Shown: piece after piece, positions 1 through 10,458 of the stretch
Numbering within the stretch: position 1 is the first letter of the stretch
How the letters are laid out: each line of letters starts with the position of its first letter
NCBI GenBank assembly: GCA_963821435.1
Contig: CAWGDR010000004.1
Location: forward strand, 878,199 to 942,198
Direction: 5' to 3'
Origin: an uncultured Acidobacteriota bacterium
Lineage (GTDB): Bacteria; Acidobacteriota; Thermoanaerobaculia; UBA5066
Length of the DNA stretch: 64,000 nt
Position numbers and translations under genes: made by a program
The notes under the pieces: model-generated
Databases searched by the model: none
The model's input: only the letters and a program-made list of their open reading frames with translations
Told to the model about the DNA's origin: nothing

Positions 1-796
1 CCGACGTGTAGGCGTCGCCCGGGTAGGGCGTCAGCTCCCGCCAGGTGTCGTTGTTCAGCGTGGCGCGGAAGGAGCCGGAGAAGTTGTTTCCGCCCGACTT
101 CGTGACCGTGTTGACGACGCCGCCGGTGAAGCGCCCGTACTCGGCGGAGACGCCGGAGGAGACCGTCGTCGTCTCCTGGACCGCGTCCTCGACGAAGAGG
201 TTGAACGGCGTCCCGCGGATGTTGTCCTGGATGCTCGCGCCGTTCACCGTCATGACGTTCTCGAACGAGCTCGCGCCCGAGATCGTCACGGCGCCGTTCG
301 GCCCGTTCTGGTTCACGCCCGGCGCGAGGGCCACCGCGGAGATCAGCGTCCGCGCGACGGGGAGCTTGTTCATCGTCTCCGACGTGTACGTCGCGGCGTC
401 CGCGGCGCTCGTCGAGACCTGCTCGGAGCGGGCGATGACCGTCGCCGTCGCCTCCACCGCCTTCAGGCTCATGACCGCGTTGACCGTCACCTTCTGCGAC
501 GCGCCGACGCGGACGGTCTCCTCGTGCGGGCTGAAGCCGGAGATGTCCATCCGGATCGTGTAGCTGCCCGGCGGGAGGTTCGCGAGGTAGTAGTCGCCGT
601 TCACGGAGGTGACCGTGGTGCGGACGCCCTGGAGGTTCGGGGATTTCGCCGTGACCGAGACGCCCGGCAGCCCCTGCCCCTCGTTCTCGACCCTCCCGGA
701 AATGCTCCCGGTCGGGATCCCCTGTGCGAGTGCCGCCGAAGCGCCGGCCACGAGGGCCAGCACGACGACGAACTGGAGGACTCGTGTTCTTTGCAT
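1..796 (-). CDS. TonB-dependent receptor, N-terminal part (carboxypeptidase-regulatory-like domain + plug). Partial: continues beyond window start.
   Basis: Minus-strand ATG at 796-794 with AGGAGA RBS. Translation MQRTRVLQFVVVLALVAGASAALAQG... gives a signal peptide, then GSISGRVENEGQGLPGVSVTA...GDYYLANLPPGSYTIRMDISGF (CarbopepD_reg-like), then plug-like sequence. No stop before position 1. Confidence 0.6.
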   Translation of the reverse strand, partial: MQRTRVLQFVVVLALVAGASAALAQGIPTGSISGRVENEGQGLPGVSVTAKSPNLQGVRTTVTSVNGDYYLANLPPGSYTIRMDISGFSPHEETVRVGASQKVTVNAVMSLKAVEATATVIARSEQVSTSAADAATYTSETMNKLPVARTLISAVALAPGVNQNGPNGAVTISGASSFENVMTVNGASIQDNIRGTPFNLFVEDAVQETTTVSSGVSAEYGRFTGGVVNTVTKSGGNNFSGSFRATLNNDTWRELTPYPGDAYTS

Positions 797-1095
797 CGTA
801 CTTCTCTCCTTCCTCGGAGGAGCCGTTTTGCAAGCCGAGTGCCGCGGGGGAGACTCGATCTCGGCCCGAATCGCCTCGTCGTAAGTGGCGCTCTGTCAAC
901 GCGCGCGACGGGGCGCCGGCCGGATCGCGGCGTGACGAACGGCTCCGGGCGCGGGACGAAGAGCGCGCTTCGCGTGGCGGAGCTTCGGTCGAAGGTCCGG
1001 GCGCGGCCGCGGGCGCGAATCGCGTGCGGCCGTTCGGAGAACCGGAGAGAAACCGGGATGCCGGAGCGGTCTCCGCCGGCGGAGAGGGCGCGCCG

Positions 1096-1863
1096 TCAGT
1101 GTCCCGGCTTGCGGAAGCCCTTCAGGCGGCTCTTGTAGGAGCCTCCCACCGTGAGCCTCGTGCCGTCGGCGAGGACGAGAGCGACCTCGCCGTTGAACCA
1201 CGGGTGGACCTCGCGGGCCCGGTTCAGGTTCACGATCGTCGAGCGGTGGATCCGGAGGAAGACCGCCGGGTCGAGCTTCGTCTCGAGCGTGTTCATCGTC
1301 TCGCGGAAGACGTGCGTCTCCTTGCCGACGTGGAGCTTCACGTTGTTCCGGGCCGCCTCGATCCAGTCGATCTCCTGGGTCTTCACGAAGACGCTCTTCC
1401 CGTTCTGCCTCACGAGGAACCAGCGGAGCGGCTCGCGGGGCGGCGGCACGTCCGACAGGAAGGTCTCCATCCTCCGCCGCACCGGGTCCGGAAGCTCCGC
1501 CCCGAGGCGGCTCCGGGCCCGCTGGAGGGCCTCGCGAACGCGCTCGCGGCCGAACGGCTTCAGGATGTAGTCCAGCGCGTTGGCGTCGAACGCGCGGACG
1601 GCGTACTGGTCGTAGGCGGTGACGAAGACGACGGCCGGCGCCTTCTGCGGCCCGAGCATGTCCAGGACCCCGAAGCCGTCGAGACCCGGCATCTGGACGT
1701 CGAGGAAGACGAGGTCCGGATGGACCTCCTCGATGGCCTTCACGGCGGCGAGGCCGTCGCCGCACTCGCCGACGACTTCCACGTCGGGCTGGTCCGCGAG
1801 CTGCTTTTTGACCCAGTCCCTCGCGTTGGGTTCGTCGTCCACGATCAGCGTTCGGATCGTCAT
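1096..1863 (-). CDS. LytTR-family two-component response regulator
   Basis: REC domain (LIVDDEPNARD...FLDVQMPGLDGF) followed by a C-terminal LytTR DNA-binding domain. GGAGGAG RBS before the ATG at 1863. Confidence 0.9.
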   Translation of the reverse strand: MTIRTLIVDDEPNARDWVKKQLADQPDVEVVGECGDGLAAVKAIEEVHPDLVFLDVQMPGLDGFGVLDMLGPQKAPAVVFVTAYDQYAVRAFDANALDYILKPFGRERVREALQRARSRLGAELPDPVRRRMETFLSDVPPPREPLRWFLVRQNGKSVFVKTQEIDWIEAARNNVKLHVGKETHVFRETMNTLETKLDPAVFLRIHRSTIVNLNRAREVHPWFNGEVALVLADGTRLTVGGSYKSRLKGFRKPGH

Positions 1864-1879
1864 GAGACTCCTCCCCCTC

Positions 1880-3019
1880 TCAGCTGGCGATGCGTTCCGC
1901 CTCCTGATACGAAAGAGGTAGGTCCAGGGTTACAAGCAGCCCGCCCTCCGGCTCCCGCCGCGCGTCGAGGCGGGCGCCGTCGCCGTAAAGGTGGCGGAGC
2001 CGCTCCCGCGTCCCCGTGAGGGCCCGGTGGTCGAAGAAGGGGGGGGCGAGCCGTTCCGGCCCGTCCTCGCGGAGGTCGAGGGTGAGACGTCCCTGCCCGG
2101 CGGTGGCCGAGACGGTGAGCCGTCCTGGCCCGGTCCGGCGGCCGATCCCCTGCCCGAGCGCGAATTCGGCGAGCGGCACGAGGATCAGCCGCGGCACCAG
2201 GGCGCCGCGGGCGGCCGCGGTCGCCGCGCACGCCGCCGAGAGCCGGTCGGTGAATCGCGTCGTCTCGATCTTCAGGTAGAGGTCGAGGGTGCGGAGCTCG
2301 CTCTCCAGGGAGACGAAGTCGCCGCTCTCCTTCTCGAACGTCATCCGCAGGAGGTCGCCGAGGCGGACCACGAGCCCGGCGGCGGCGTCCGGGTTCCTGT
2401 CCACGAGGGGGAGGATCGTGTTCAGCGTCGAGAAGAAGAAGGGGGGATTCAGCTGGGTCTTCAGCGTGTCGAGCCGGGCGGCCGCGAGCTCGGCCTCGAG
2501 CGACAGGAGGGTCCGCTCCTCCTCGCGGGACCGGCGCGCGTTCTCGAGGCCCCAGAAGATGGCCACGATCGCGGCATAGACCGGCAGCCGGCCCCACCCC
2601 TGCGCGAGGAACTTCACGGGAAGCGCGGCGAACGCCGCGAGGGGCGGGATCGCGAGGTCCTGCGTCGCGAGGAGGAGGAAGACGAAGAGGAACTGGTGGG
2701 CCGCGGCGAAGAGGACGAATCCCAGGGCGTGGGCGAGGAGGTCGCGGGCCACGTGCGGACGCCTGATCGGGAAGCGCCGGAAGAAGCGGTAGAGAAGCGG
2801 CGTGAGGGCGAACCAGGCGGTGGCCGCCAGAAGGCCTCCCCAGAGGTAGGCCCAGGCCGGGCCGGGAGGCGGGAACTTCGACTTGAGGTCCGGGATCATC
2901 GAGCGCGCGGTCTCGAAGGTGAGGCGCTGGGAGCCCCGGAAGAGCCCGAGCAGGACGAAGGCCGCGGCGACGAGGATCGCCGGGCGTACCCTCGCGCGCG
3001 GAACCTCACGCCACGGCAT
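1880..3019 (-). CDS. Sensor histidine kinase, LytS/YehU type (His_kinase pfam06580-like)
   Basis: N-terminal multi-TM region. [17 protein letters not shown] motif (QLxPHFLFNxLN signature) and a C-terminal HATPase-like region. Stop lies 17 bp upstream of the RR gene. Confidence 0.85.
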   Translation of the reverse strand: MPWREVPRARVRPAILVAAAFVLLGLFRGSQRLTFETARSMIPDLKSKFPPPGPAWAYLWGGLLAATAWFALTPLLYRFFRRFPIRRPHVARDLLAHALGFVLFAAAHQFLFVFLLLATQDLAIPPLAAFAALPVKFLAQGWGRLPVYAAIVAIFWGLENARRSREEERTLLSLEAELAAARLDTLKTQLNPPFFFSTLNTILPLVDRNPDAAAGLVVRLGDLLRMTFEKESGDFVSLESELRTLDLYLKIETTRFTDRLSAACAATAAARGALVPRLILVPLAEFALGQGIGRRTGPGRLTVSATAGQGRLTLDLREDGPERLAPPFFDHRALTGTRERLRHLYGDGARLDARREPEGGLLVTLDLPLSYQEAERIAS

Positions 3020-4151
3020 GGCGGCTCTCGGCCGGAAGCTCTCCGCCGCCGACGCCCTCCGGGACGCTGGCGTGGCGGAGGAACGGAACGACGAAAATCG
3101 CCTCGACGCCGCCGCCGGGCCGGTCGGCGAGCGAGAAGAGGTGGCGCTCCCCGTACAGCTGCCGGAGGCGAGCCTTCGTGTTCGCGACGCCGACGCCCGT
3201 GGACCCCGCCGACTTGCGGCGCGGAAGGCCGGGACCGTCGTCCCGCACCGCGAGGGCGAGGCGGCTCCCGGTGCGGCGGGCGAGGATCTCGATGTTCACG
3301 GGCCCGGGCCTCGCCGCGACGCCGTGCTTGATCGCGTTCTCGACGAGCGGCTGGAGGACCAGGCTCGGGACCGCGGCCTCCCGGGTCGCGGGGTCGATGG
3401 TCCATGTGACCGTCAGCCGGTCCTCGAACCGCGTCCGCTCGATGTCGAGGTAGCGCGACAGGAACGAGAGCTCGGTCTCGAGGGAGACGAAGGGGCCGGG
3501 GCCCGTCCGGAGCCCGATCCGGACCAGCTCGCCGAGGTCGACGAGCGTCCGCGTGGCGGCCTCGGGCCGCGTGTAGAGGAGCGGGAGAATCGTGTTGAGC
3601 GTATTGAAGAGAAAGTGCGGCTGGAGCTGCATCTGGAGCGCCGTGAGCCGGGCGCCGGCGAGCTGCGCGTCCAGCCGCGACGCGGCGAGCTCGCGCTCGC
3701 GCGTTCCCCGGAGCAGCGAAAGGGCCCAGAGCGCCCCGAGGAGGCCGACGTACGTCAGGACGTTGAAGTGCGAGAAGAGGCCGAGGCTGAGCCAGAGCTC
3801 CCGCCGGATCGTCGGAAGGTCGAGCGGCTCGGCGAGGATCAGGTTGTAGACGGCGTAGTTCAGGACGGTCTGCGCGACCGGGAAGAAGACGAGCCCGGCG
3901 AGGTGCGCCGCCGCGACCCCGGGGCGCCGGAGGTCCCAAAGGGGAAACCGGCGGCAGAGGGCGACTACGGCGGGGGCGAGCGCGAGCCAGACCCCCGCCC
4001 GGAGGAACTCGCGCCAGGCGACCGGTCCGAACGCATACGGCGTCAGGCTCGTCCCCTGGAACCAGCGCTCCACCGCGTTCAGGAGGCCGACGGCGAGGAA
4101 CCCGGCGACGAGCGCCGGCGCGGTTCGCGAGAAGGGCGGGACGCGATCCAC
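3006..4151 (-). CDS. Second sensor histidine kinase, LytS/YehU type
   Basis: [20 protein letters not shown] motif and multi-TM N-terminus. GTG start. The 3' end overlaps the downstream kinase by 14 bp. Confidence 0.85.
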   Translation of the reverse strand: MDRVPPFSRTAPALVAGFLAVGLLNAVERWFQGTSLTPYAFGPVAWREFLRAGVWLALAPAVVALCRRFPLWDLRRPGVAAAHLAGLVFFPVAQTVLNYAVYNLILAEPLDLPTIRRELWLSLGLFSHFNVLTYVGLLGALWALSLLRGTRERELAASRLDAQLAGARLTALQMQLQPHFLFNTLNTILPLLYTRPEAATRTLVDLGELVRIGLRTGPGPFVSLETELSFLSRYLDIERTRFEDRLTVTWTIDPATREAAVPSLVLQPLVENAIKHGVAARPGPVNIEILARRTGSRLALAVRDDGPGLPRRKSAGSTGVGVANTKARLRQLYGERHLFSLADRPGGGVEAIFVVPFLRHASVPEGVGGGELPAESRHAVA

Positions 4152-4346
4152 GGGGGACGAGTATCCGACGGCCGGGACGGATCCCGGCGCTCCCCGGGGA
4201 CGAAAGGGTGGATTTCCAGGACGAAGCGCGGTCCGGACGGGACAAAACGTCAGGGGGAGCGGCCGGCAGCCCCGGATCCCCCTAGAATGCGGGAACCGAC
4301 CCGCCCGCGCTTTCGTAAGAATTCGAGGGAACCGAGAAAGGACGCG

Positions 4347-4820
4347 ATGTACTACGTCATCGGAGCCAACGGCCAGCAGTACGGTCCGGTCGACGAAGCG
4401 ACCCTTCGAGGGTGGATTGCCGAGGGCCGGGTGGGCTCGCAGAGCCTCTCGTTCCGGACGGGCGAAGCCAGCTGGGTGCCGCTCTCGACGCGGGCCGAGT
4501 TCCAGGCGTCGTTCACCCAGCCGGCGGCCGCCTCCGTCTCTGCGGCCCTCCCGGCCGCGTACGCTCCCGCCGCCGCCTCGCAGGTCGCGCCGCAGCCGAT
4601 GGGCGGGGATGGGCCGAAGGACTGGCTCACGACGCTGCTCCTGTCGGTCTTCCTCGGCACGTTCGGCGTCGACCGGTTCTACCTCGGCCAGGTGGGGCTG
4701 GGGCTCTTCAAGCTCTTCACGCTCGGCGGCTGCGGGATCTGGTGGCTGGTCGACGTGATCCTCATCGCGACCGGCGCGATCCGGGACGCCCGGGGCCGCC
4801 CGCTCGTCAAGAACAACTGA
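4347..4820 (+). CDS. TM2 domain membrane protein with N-terminal DUF4339/GYF-like domain
   Basis: ATG at 4347 (the long upstream ORF has no plausible start). [29 protein letters not shown] is DUF4339-like. C-terminal [27 protein letters not shown]...[10 protein letters not shown] matches a TM2 domain. Confidence 0.75.
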   Translation: MYYVIGANGQQYGPVDEATLRGWIAEGRVGSQSLSFRTGEASWVPLSTRAEFQASFTQPAAASVSAALPAAYAPAAASQVAPQPMGGDGPKDWLTTLLLSVFLGTFGVDRFYLGQVGLGLFKLFTLGGCGIWWLVDVILIATGAIRDARGRPLVKNN

Positions 4821-4907
4821 GCCGGCGGGCCGCGCATTCCACCTGCAGGCGGGATAAAGTAAGGGCGGGGCGCTCCCCCGGGAACGTGCGCCCGCCGGAG
4901 GAACTCA

Positions 4908-5852
4908 ATGAAATCCCGCACCACGAGGCTTGCAGGAGCCGCGCTCACCGCCGCTCTCCTGCTCGGCTCCGCCGCCGCCTTCGCCATCGCCCAGGGGCGC
5001 ATCCAGGGGACCGTCACCGACGGCACGGGGAAGCCGATCCCGGACGTGAAGGTCATCATCACGACGAAGGAGCTCATCAAGTTCAGGCTGGAGACGAAGA
5101 CCGACAAGGACGGCCACTGGGCCGCGATCGTCGGCGACGCCACAAAGAAGTACATCTATCACTTCGAGAAGACGGACTACATCCCGTACGAGGAAGAGAA
5201 GAAGATCGGAATCGGCTCGAACGAGACCTGGGACATCAAGCTCCTGACGAAGGAGCAGGCGATCCAGACGGGCGCGATCGAGGTCAAGGCCGACCCGTAC
5301 ATCGAGGCGTACAACGCCGCCGTCGAGCTCTTCCGGGCCGACGACGTGGCGGGCGCGCTCGCGAAGGCCGAGGAGGCCATCAAGATCGCGCCCGAGAAGG
5401 GGAACGGGTACGACCTCGCCGCGAAGATCGCCCACAAGGCGAAGAACTGGGACAAGGTCATCGAGTACGGCGAGAAGGCGCTCGCGATCGAGCCCGACAA
5501 CGTCGCCCTCTACCCCGTTCTGATGGACGCGTACCGGGCGAAGGGCGACAAGGCGAAGCTGGCCGAGTACGAGAAGAAGTTCGCGGCCGCGAACCCGGAC
5601 AACCCGGACATCCTCTACAACCAGGCGGTCGAGCTCTACAACAAGAACGACTTCAAGGGGGCCGAGCCGATCCTGCGGAAGGTCGTCGAGCTGAAGCCCG
5701 ACTTCGCGAAGGCGCAGTTCCTCCTCGGGATGACGTGCGTGAACACGAACAAGATCCCGGACATGAAGAAGCACCTGAACGAGTACATCAAACTCGACCC
5801 GAAGGGCGCCGACGTGAGCACCGCCAAGGAAATGCTCGACGCCTTCAAATGA
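4908..5852 (+). CDS. Secreted protein: carboxypeptidase-regulatory-like N-domain + TPR repeats
   Basis: Signal peptide. GRIQGTVTDGTGKPIPDVKVIITTKE...KTDKDGHWAAIV is CarbopepD_reg-like, followed by TPR-like helical repeats. Lys-rich with lower GC than surroundings. Confidence 0.8.
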   Translation: MKSRTTRLAGAALTAALLLGSAAAFAIAQGRIQGTVTDGTGKPIPDVKVIITTKELIKFRLETKTDKDGHWAAIVGDATKKYIYHFEKTDYIPYEEEKKIGIGSNETWDIKLLTKEQAIQTGAIEVKADPYIEAYNAAVELFRADDVAGALAKAEEAIKIAPEKGNGYDLAAKIAHKAKNWDKVIEYGEKALAIEPDNVALYPVLMDAYRAKGDKAKLAEYEKKFAAANPDNPDILYNQAVELYNKNDFKGAEPILRKVVELKPDFAKAQFLLGMTCVNTNKIPDMKKHLNEYIKLDPKGADVSTAKEMLDAFK

Positions 5853-5864
5853 GGGCCGGCTGAG

Positions 5865-6494
5865 TTGGCCGCCGGCCCCGTCATCATCGGCGTCGCCGGC
5901 GGCACCGGCTCGGGAAAGACGACCGTCGCCCAGGCGATCCTGAGGCACGTCGGCGACGGGAGGATGTCGGTCCTCTTCCACGACGCCTACTACCGGGACT
6001 TCGTCGACCTTCCGAAGGACGTTCTCGACCGGAAGAACTTCGACCACCCCGACTCGCTCGAGACCGAGCTCCTGATCCGCCACGTGAAGGCGCTGAAGCA
6101 GGGGAGGGCCGTCGAGGCGCCGATCTACGACTTCCGGATCCACCGGCGCGCGGCCGAGACGCGGCGGGTCGAGCCGACGCGCGTCGTCCTCGTCGAAGGG
6201 ATCCTCATCTTCGCCGAGCCGGAGCTCCGGACGCTCTTCGACGTGAAGATCTTCGTCGACACCGACGCGGACATCCGGCTGATCCGCCGGATCCGGCGGG
6301 ACATCGCGGAGCGCGGCCGGACGCTCGAGAGCGTCGTCGAGCAGTACCAGGCCACCGTCCGGCCGATGCACCTCGAGTTCGTCGAGCCGTCCAAGCGCTA
6401 CGCCGACCTGATCGTCCCGGAAGGGGGCGAGAACGCCGTCGCGATGGAGTTCCTCTTCGCCCGCCTCGAGCAGCTCTTCAGAGAGGAGGCCTGA
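5865..6494 (+). CDS. udk: Uridine kinase
   Basis: P-loop IIGVAGGTGSGKTT and full-length udk-like sequence. TTG start. Confidence 0.9.
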   Translation: MAAGPVIIGVAGGTGSGKTTVAQAILRHVGDGRMSVLFHDAYYRDFVDLPKDVLDRKNFDHPDSLETELLIRHVKALKQGRAVEAPIYDFRIHRRAAETRRVEPTRVVLVEGILIFAEPELRTLFDVKIFVDTDADIRLIRRIRRDIAERGRTLESVVEQYQATVRPMHLEFVEPSKRYADLIVPEGGENAVAMEFLFARLEQLFREEA

Positions 6495-6886
6495 TGTTTT
6501 GCTTTCGCCGCCTCGCTTTCGTCGCTTTGTTGTTGACGGGCGCCGCCGCGGCAGCACCAAGGACCAATGCCCGAATCGAAGGGACGGTCACCGACCAGGC
6601 AGGAAAGCCGGTGCCGGGGGTCAAGATCGTCATCACCACGAAGGCCGTGTCCACATTCAAGATGGAAACCACGACCGACAAGGGCGGCCATTGGTCGGCG
6701 CTCCTCGGCGACGCCACCCGGACGTACACCTACCGCTTTGAGAAGGCAGGGTACCTGCCGGTCGAGGCCGAATGGAAAGTCCCGGCCGGGTTCCCGAACG
6801 ATGCCGATCCGAACAGGAGTTCGAGCCTGTGGGTTCGCAACGTTCAGCTCGTCGCCCAGGAGCCGGCCGCCAAGGACGCGAAATGA
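6494..6886 (+). CDS. Small secreted CarbopepD_reg-like protein (paralog of the N-domain of 4908..5852)
   Basis: GAGAGGAGG RBS. ATG overlaps the udk stop (TGATG). ARIEGTVTDQAGKPVPGVKIVITTKAVSTFKMETTTDKGGHWSALLGDATRTYTYRFEKAGY aligns with GRIQGTVTDGTGKPIPDVKVIITTKE...KTDKDGHWAAIVGDATKKYIYHFEKTDY. Confidence 0.65.
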   Translation: MFCFRRLAFVALLLTGAAAAAPRTNARIEGTVTDQAGKPVPGVKIVITTKAVSTFKMETTTDKGGHWSALLGDATRTYTYRFEKAGYLPVEAEWKVPAGFPNDADPNRSSSLWVRNVQLVAQEPAAKDAK

Positions 6887-8358
6887 GCGTTCGCCGCTCC
6901 GTCGCCGCTCTCGCTCTGGCAGCGGCTCTATCTCACTGCGCGACCGCCGCGCCGCCCGATCCGGCGGCACGCCTCGCGGGACGGGCGATGGGGGAGACGC
7001 CGCTCGTCGCCGACGTGAAGGAGCTGTGCGACCGGGTGGGGGGGAGGCCGACCGGCTCGGCCGCGAACGCGCGCGCGGTGGAGTGGATCGCCGCCCGCTT
7101 CCGCGCGGCCGGGGCGGACACCGTGACGCTCGAGGCCGCGGAGGTTCCGTACCTCTGGCTGCCGGGCTCCGCGGAGGCGGAGGCGGTCTCGCCCGAGAGC
7201 TTCCCGCTCCGCGTCGCGGCCTGCCCCGAGGCCCCCTCGACGCCCGGCGTCCTGACGGCGCGGCTCGTCGACGCGGGAGAGGGGACGCCCGCCGACTACG
7301 CGAAGCTCGGCGGGAAGACGCAGGGGGCGATCGCCCTCGTCCGGGCGAAGGAGATGAAGAGCGCGGACGACCTCTTCGGCGAGTACGTCCGGAACGGACC
7401 GCTCCTCTCGGCGGCGAAGGCGGCCGGCGTCTCCGCGATCCTCCTCCAGTCGACGCGGCCGAAGGGGCTCCTCTACCGGCACCCGATGTCCCTCGGGCGG
7501 GAAATGGCCCCCCTTCCGGTCGCGATGGTCGCGCGCGAGCAGGCCGCCCGCCTCCAGCGGCTCGCCGGGACAAGCGACGTGATCGTGCGGCTCTCGATCG
7601 TGAACCGGACGGGTCCGGCCTACGAGGCGAAGAACGTCGTGGCCGACATCCGGGGGAGCGAGAAGCCGGAGGAGATCGTCCTCCTCGGCGCCCACCTCGA
7701 CTCGTGGGATCTCGGGACGGGGGCGAACGACAACGGCATCAACGTCGCGCTCCTCGTCGACGTCCTCCGCGGGATCCGGGAGCTCGGCCTCGCGCCGAAG
7801 CGGACGATCCGGCTCGTCGCCTTCAACGCCGAGGAGCAGGGGTTGTGGGGCTCGGCCGGCTACGTGAAGCGGCACGCCGCCGAGCTGGGGCGGCACGCCG
7901 TGGCCGTGATCTTCGACGTCGGCTCGGGGCGGACGACCGGCTTCTACCTCAACGGGCGGGAAGAGCTGAGGGCGCCGCTCGACAGGGCGCTCGCCCCGGT
8001 GGCGGGCCTGGACGCCTCGCGGCACTCCAAGGACGGCGTGGACGGCACCGACAACTTCGACTTTCTCCTCTCCGGCGTCCCGAACCTCGTCGCGGACCAG
8101 GACTGGGAGCCGTACCTTCCCGACTACCACGCCGAGTCGGACACCTTCGACGCCGTCGACGCCCGCGAGGCGCGGGCGAACGCCGCGATCGCCGCGGCGG
8201 TCGTCTGGGGCTTCGCGAACGCCGACGGATTCCCCGCGCCGCGCCAGACCCGGGCCGAGGTCGAGAAGCTCCTCGTCGACGCGAAGCTCGTCGACCAGAT
8301 GAAGGCCTTCGGCCAGTGGGAGGAGTGGAAGGCCGGGACGCGGGGCGTCTCGAAGTAG
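6883..8358 (+). CDS. M28-family (PA-domain) aminopeptidase, secreted
   Basis: Signal peptide. PA domain region. M28 metal ligands HLDSW...NDNG...EEQGLWGS...DYH. The ATG overlaps the upstream stop (ATGA). Confidence 0.85.
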   Translation: MSVRRSVAALALAAALSHCATAAPPDPAARLAGRAMGETPLVADVKELCDRVGGRPTGSAANARAVEWIAARFRAAGADTVTLEAAEVPYLWLPGSAEAEAVSPESFPLRVAACPEAPSTPGVLTARLVDAGEGTPADYAKLGGKTQGAIALVRAKEMKSADDLFGEYVRNGPLLSAAKAAGVSAILLQSTRPKGLLYRHPMSLGREMAPLPVAMVAREQAARLQRLAGTSDVIVRLSIVNRTGPAYEAKNVVADIRGSEKPEEIVLLGAHLDSWDLGTGANDNGINVALLVDVLRGIRELGLAPKRTIRLVAFNAEEQGLWGSAGYVKRHAAELGRHAVAVIFDVGSGRTTGFYLNGREELRAPLDRALAPVAGLDASRHSKDGVDGTDNFDFLLSGVPNLVADQDWEPYLPDYHAESDTFDAVDAREARANAAIAAAVVWGFANADGFPAPRQTRAEVEKLLVDAKLVDQMKAFGQWEEWKAGTRGVSK

Positions 8359-8371
8359 CACCCGGTGCCGG

Positions 8372-9130
8372 CTAGCGCCCGTCCGCCTCGACCCGGGTCC
8401 AGACGAGGGGCTGGAACTTGCGGAATTCCACGGCGTGCGTCACGCGGCCGCCCGCGTCGGTCACGAACAGCCACTCTCCCGGGCTGCCGGAGAGAACGAA
8501 GGCGTCGGGGGCGAGAGGAATGAAGGGCCTGGGCGGCCGGGACTCGCGTCCCCCGTACAGTCGGCCGTCGCGCCATTCGACGCGGAAGGTCCAGCCGTCG
8601 GGGAGGAGCCGGTATCGTCCCGCCAGCCTGGGCCAGCCCGCGCCCGAGACCGCCTGCGGAATGGGATCCCGCGGCACGACCGATGTGTGCGAGGCCACCA
8701 TCTTCCATCCGGCGCCCGATCGGCGAAACGTGTCGGTGACGCGATAGCCCGTCGTCAACGTCTGGCCGAAGACGGATTCGCTCTCATCCGCCAGGAAGCG
8801 CACGACGGCGAAGCCGGAGAATTCCAGCACGGTCAGCTCTCTGACGGCGATCGTGCCTGCGAGCCCCGGGGGCAGCGGCCTCAGTTCGTCGAGAAACTGC
8901 CGCTTGCTCAGGACCTGCCCCTCTTCGGACGTGTAGACGCAGGCGGGATCCATCACGCGGTCCCAAACGTCCTTCCCGCCTCCGGCGACGGACGTCATGA
9001 GGGCCTGCTCGGTTTCCTGGAACCAGCGGACGGTTTCGGCCGACGGCTTGGCCCGATCCTCCGATTGCGCCCGGTCGCAAACCGCCAGAGCCGCGACCGC
9101 GAGCGCGAGCCGCACGCGAAATCCTGACAT
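8372..9130 (-). CDS. Secreted DUF4440/SnoaL-like (NTF2-fold) protein
   Basis: Start chosen at ATG 9130 (MSGFRVRLALAVAALAV signal peptide, GGAGG RBS) rather than the ORF maximum at 9193. NTF2-like fold pattern. Confidence 0.6.
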   Translation of the reverse strand: MSGFRVRLALAVAALAVCDRAQSEDRAKPSAETVRWFQETEQALMTSVAGGGKDVWDRVMDPACVYTSEEGQVLSKRQFLDELRPLPPGLAGTIAVRELTVLEFSGFAVVRFLADESESVFGQTLTTGYRVTDTFRRSGAGWKMVASHTSVVPRDPIPQAVSGAGWPRLAGRYRLLPDGWTFRVEWRDGRLYGGRESRPPRPFIPLAPDAFVLSGSPGEWLFVTDAGGRVTHAVEFRKFQPLVWTRVEADGR

Positions 9131-9223
9131 CGACTTGCCTCCGGGGCGGTGGGCCGCCCGTCCGAGAGAGAGCGTACGGACCGAAATGGACAACGCCGAT
9201 CCCCGTTTGAGCTTCGGCGAGGC

Positions 9224-10330
9224 CTAGACGCGAAGATCGTCCGGGTGCGAGGCGCGGAGGCGCGCTTCCGCCTCGCCGATCGCCCCGTCCCGGACGAGGG
9301 CGGCGAGCGACTCTTCCATCGTCACCATCCCGAGCCGGCGGCCGAGCGTCATCTCGTTGTGGAGGTGGTGGAGCTGGCCCTTCCGGATGTGCGCGCGGAT
9401 CGCGTCGGTCGCGAGGAGGATCTCGACGGCGGCGGCGCGCCCGGCGCCGTCCTTCCGGGGGACGAGCTGCTGGCAGACGACGGCCGAGAGGCAGAGCGAG
9501 AGCTGCTGCCGCACCTGCGTCTGCTGCCCGGGCGGGAAGAGGTCGAGGATGCGGTGGATCGACTGGGGCGCGTCGTTCGTGTGGACCGTCGTCAGGACGA
9601 GGTGGCCGGTCTCGGCGGCCGTCAGGACGGCCCGCGCCGTCTTCTCGTCGCGCATCTCGCCCACGAGGAGGACGTCGGGGTCCTGCCGGAGGGCCGCGAC
9701 GAGGGCGGTCGCGAAGTCGGGGGCGTCGGTGCCGACCTCGATCTGCTCGACGACGCTCCGGCGGTGGCGGTGCTCGTACTCGACCGGGTCCTCGATCGTG
9801 ACGACGTGCAGCCTCTCTTCGGCCACGATCCGGTCGACGAGCGCGGCGAGGGTCGTCGTCTTCCCCGAGCCGGTCGCGCCGGTGACGAGGAGGAGGCCTC
9901 GCGTCGCGCGGGTCAGGTCGTGGAGGGAGGCGGGGAGGCCCAGCTCGGCGAGGGTCGGAATCCGCTTCGGGAGGACGCGGATCGCGGCCGCCTCGCCCGC
10001 CTGCGTCCGGTGGACGTTCATCCGGAAGCGGCCGAGCGCGGGGACCTTGAGGGAGAGGTCGGCCGAGCCCGTCTCGGCCACCCGGCGTCTCCGCTCGGCG
10101 GAGAGGGCGGGGCGGACGAGGTCGCGGACGGCTTCGGGACCGAGCGGGTCGCCGGGGAGCGGCTCGAGCCGGCCGTGGATCCGGACGGCGGGGGGAGCGC
10201 CGGGGGCGAGGAGGAGATCCGTGGCGCCGCGCCGGACGGTTTCGGCGAGGAGCGCGGCGAGCGCCGCGGAGGGCTCCGCGGCCGCGCGGGGCGGAGCCGG
10301 GCTCTCCGGCCCGGGCTCGTCGCCCCGCAC
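9224..10330 (-). CDS. pilT: Type IV pilus retraction ATPase PilT/PilU
   Basis: Walker [10 protein letters not shown]. Asp-box, His-box, and the PilT signature ...[23 protein letters not shown] start. Confidence 0.9.
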   Translation of the reverse strand: MRGDEPGPESPAPPRAAAEPSAALAALLAETVRRGATDLLLAPGAPPAVRIHGRLEPLPGDPLGPEAVRDLVRPALSAERRRRVAETGSADLSLKVPALGRFRMNVHRTQAGEAAAIRVLPKRIPTLAELGLPASLHDLTRATRGLLLVTGATGSGKTTTLAALVDRIVAEERLHVVTIEDPVEYEHRHRRSVVEQIEVGTDAPDFATALVAALRQDPDVLLVGEMRDEKTARAVLTAAETGHLVLTTVHTNDAPQSIHRILDLFPPGQQTQVRQQLSLCLSAVVCQQLVPRKDGAGRAAAVEILLATDAIRAHIRKGQLHHLHNEMTLGRRLGMVTMEESLAALVRDGAIGEAEARLRASHPDDLRV

Positions 10331-10458
10331 CAGCTCGAGGCTCTCGCCCCCGCCCGGCGGCGTTGAGCGTCCGGATCAGCCGGTTCAGGTCCTCGGTCTC
10401 CACGAGCGGAGTGTACGAAGGCCGGGGCCCCGGTGTCGCGCCCGGGCCGTCTCCTACA

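Noticed and set aside
724-2019. Long GC-rich ORFs overlapping annotated genes on the opposite strand or in alternative frames. Examples: 724..2019+, 896..1765-, 1991..3331+, 2896..4245-, 4412..5863+, 4905..6560-, 6398..7573-, 6567..8375+, 6928..8361-, 8784..10475-, 10018..11391-, 13265..14062 upstream part, 13886..15571-, 51414..53483+, 59337..60644+.
   Set aside because: Their translations are Arg/Pro/Gly/Ala-rich low-complexity sequence typical of off-frame reading in ~70% GC DNA. Each is antisense to, or out of frame with, a gene that has clear domain content.
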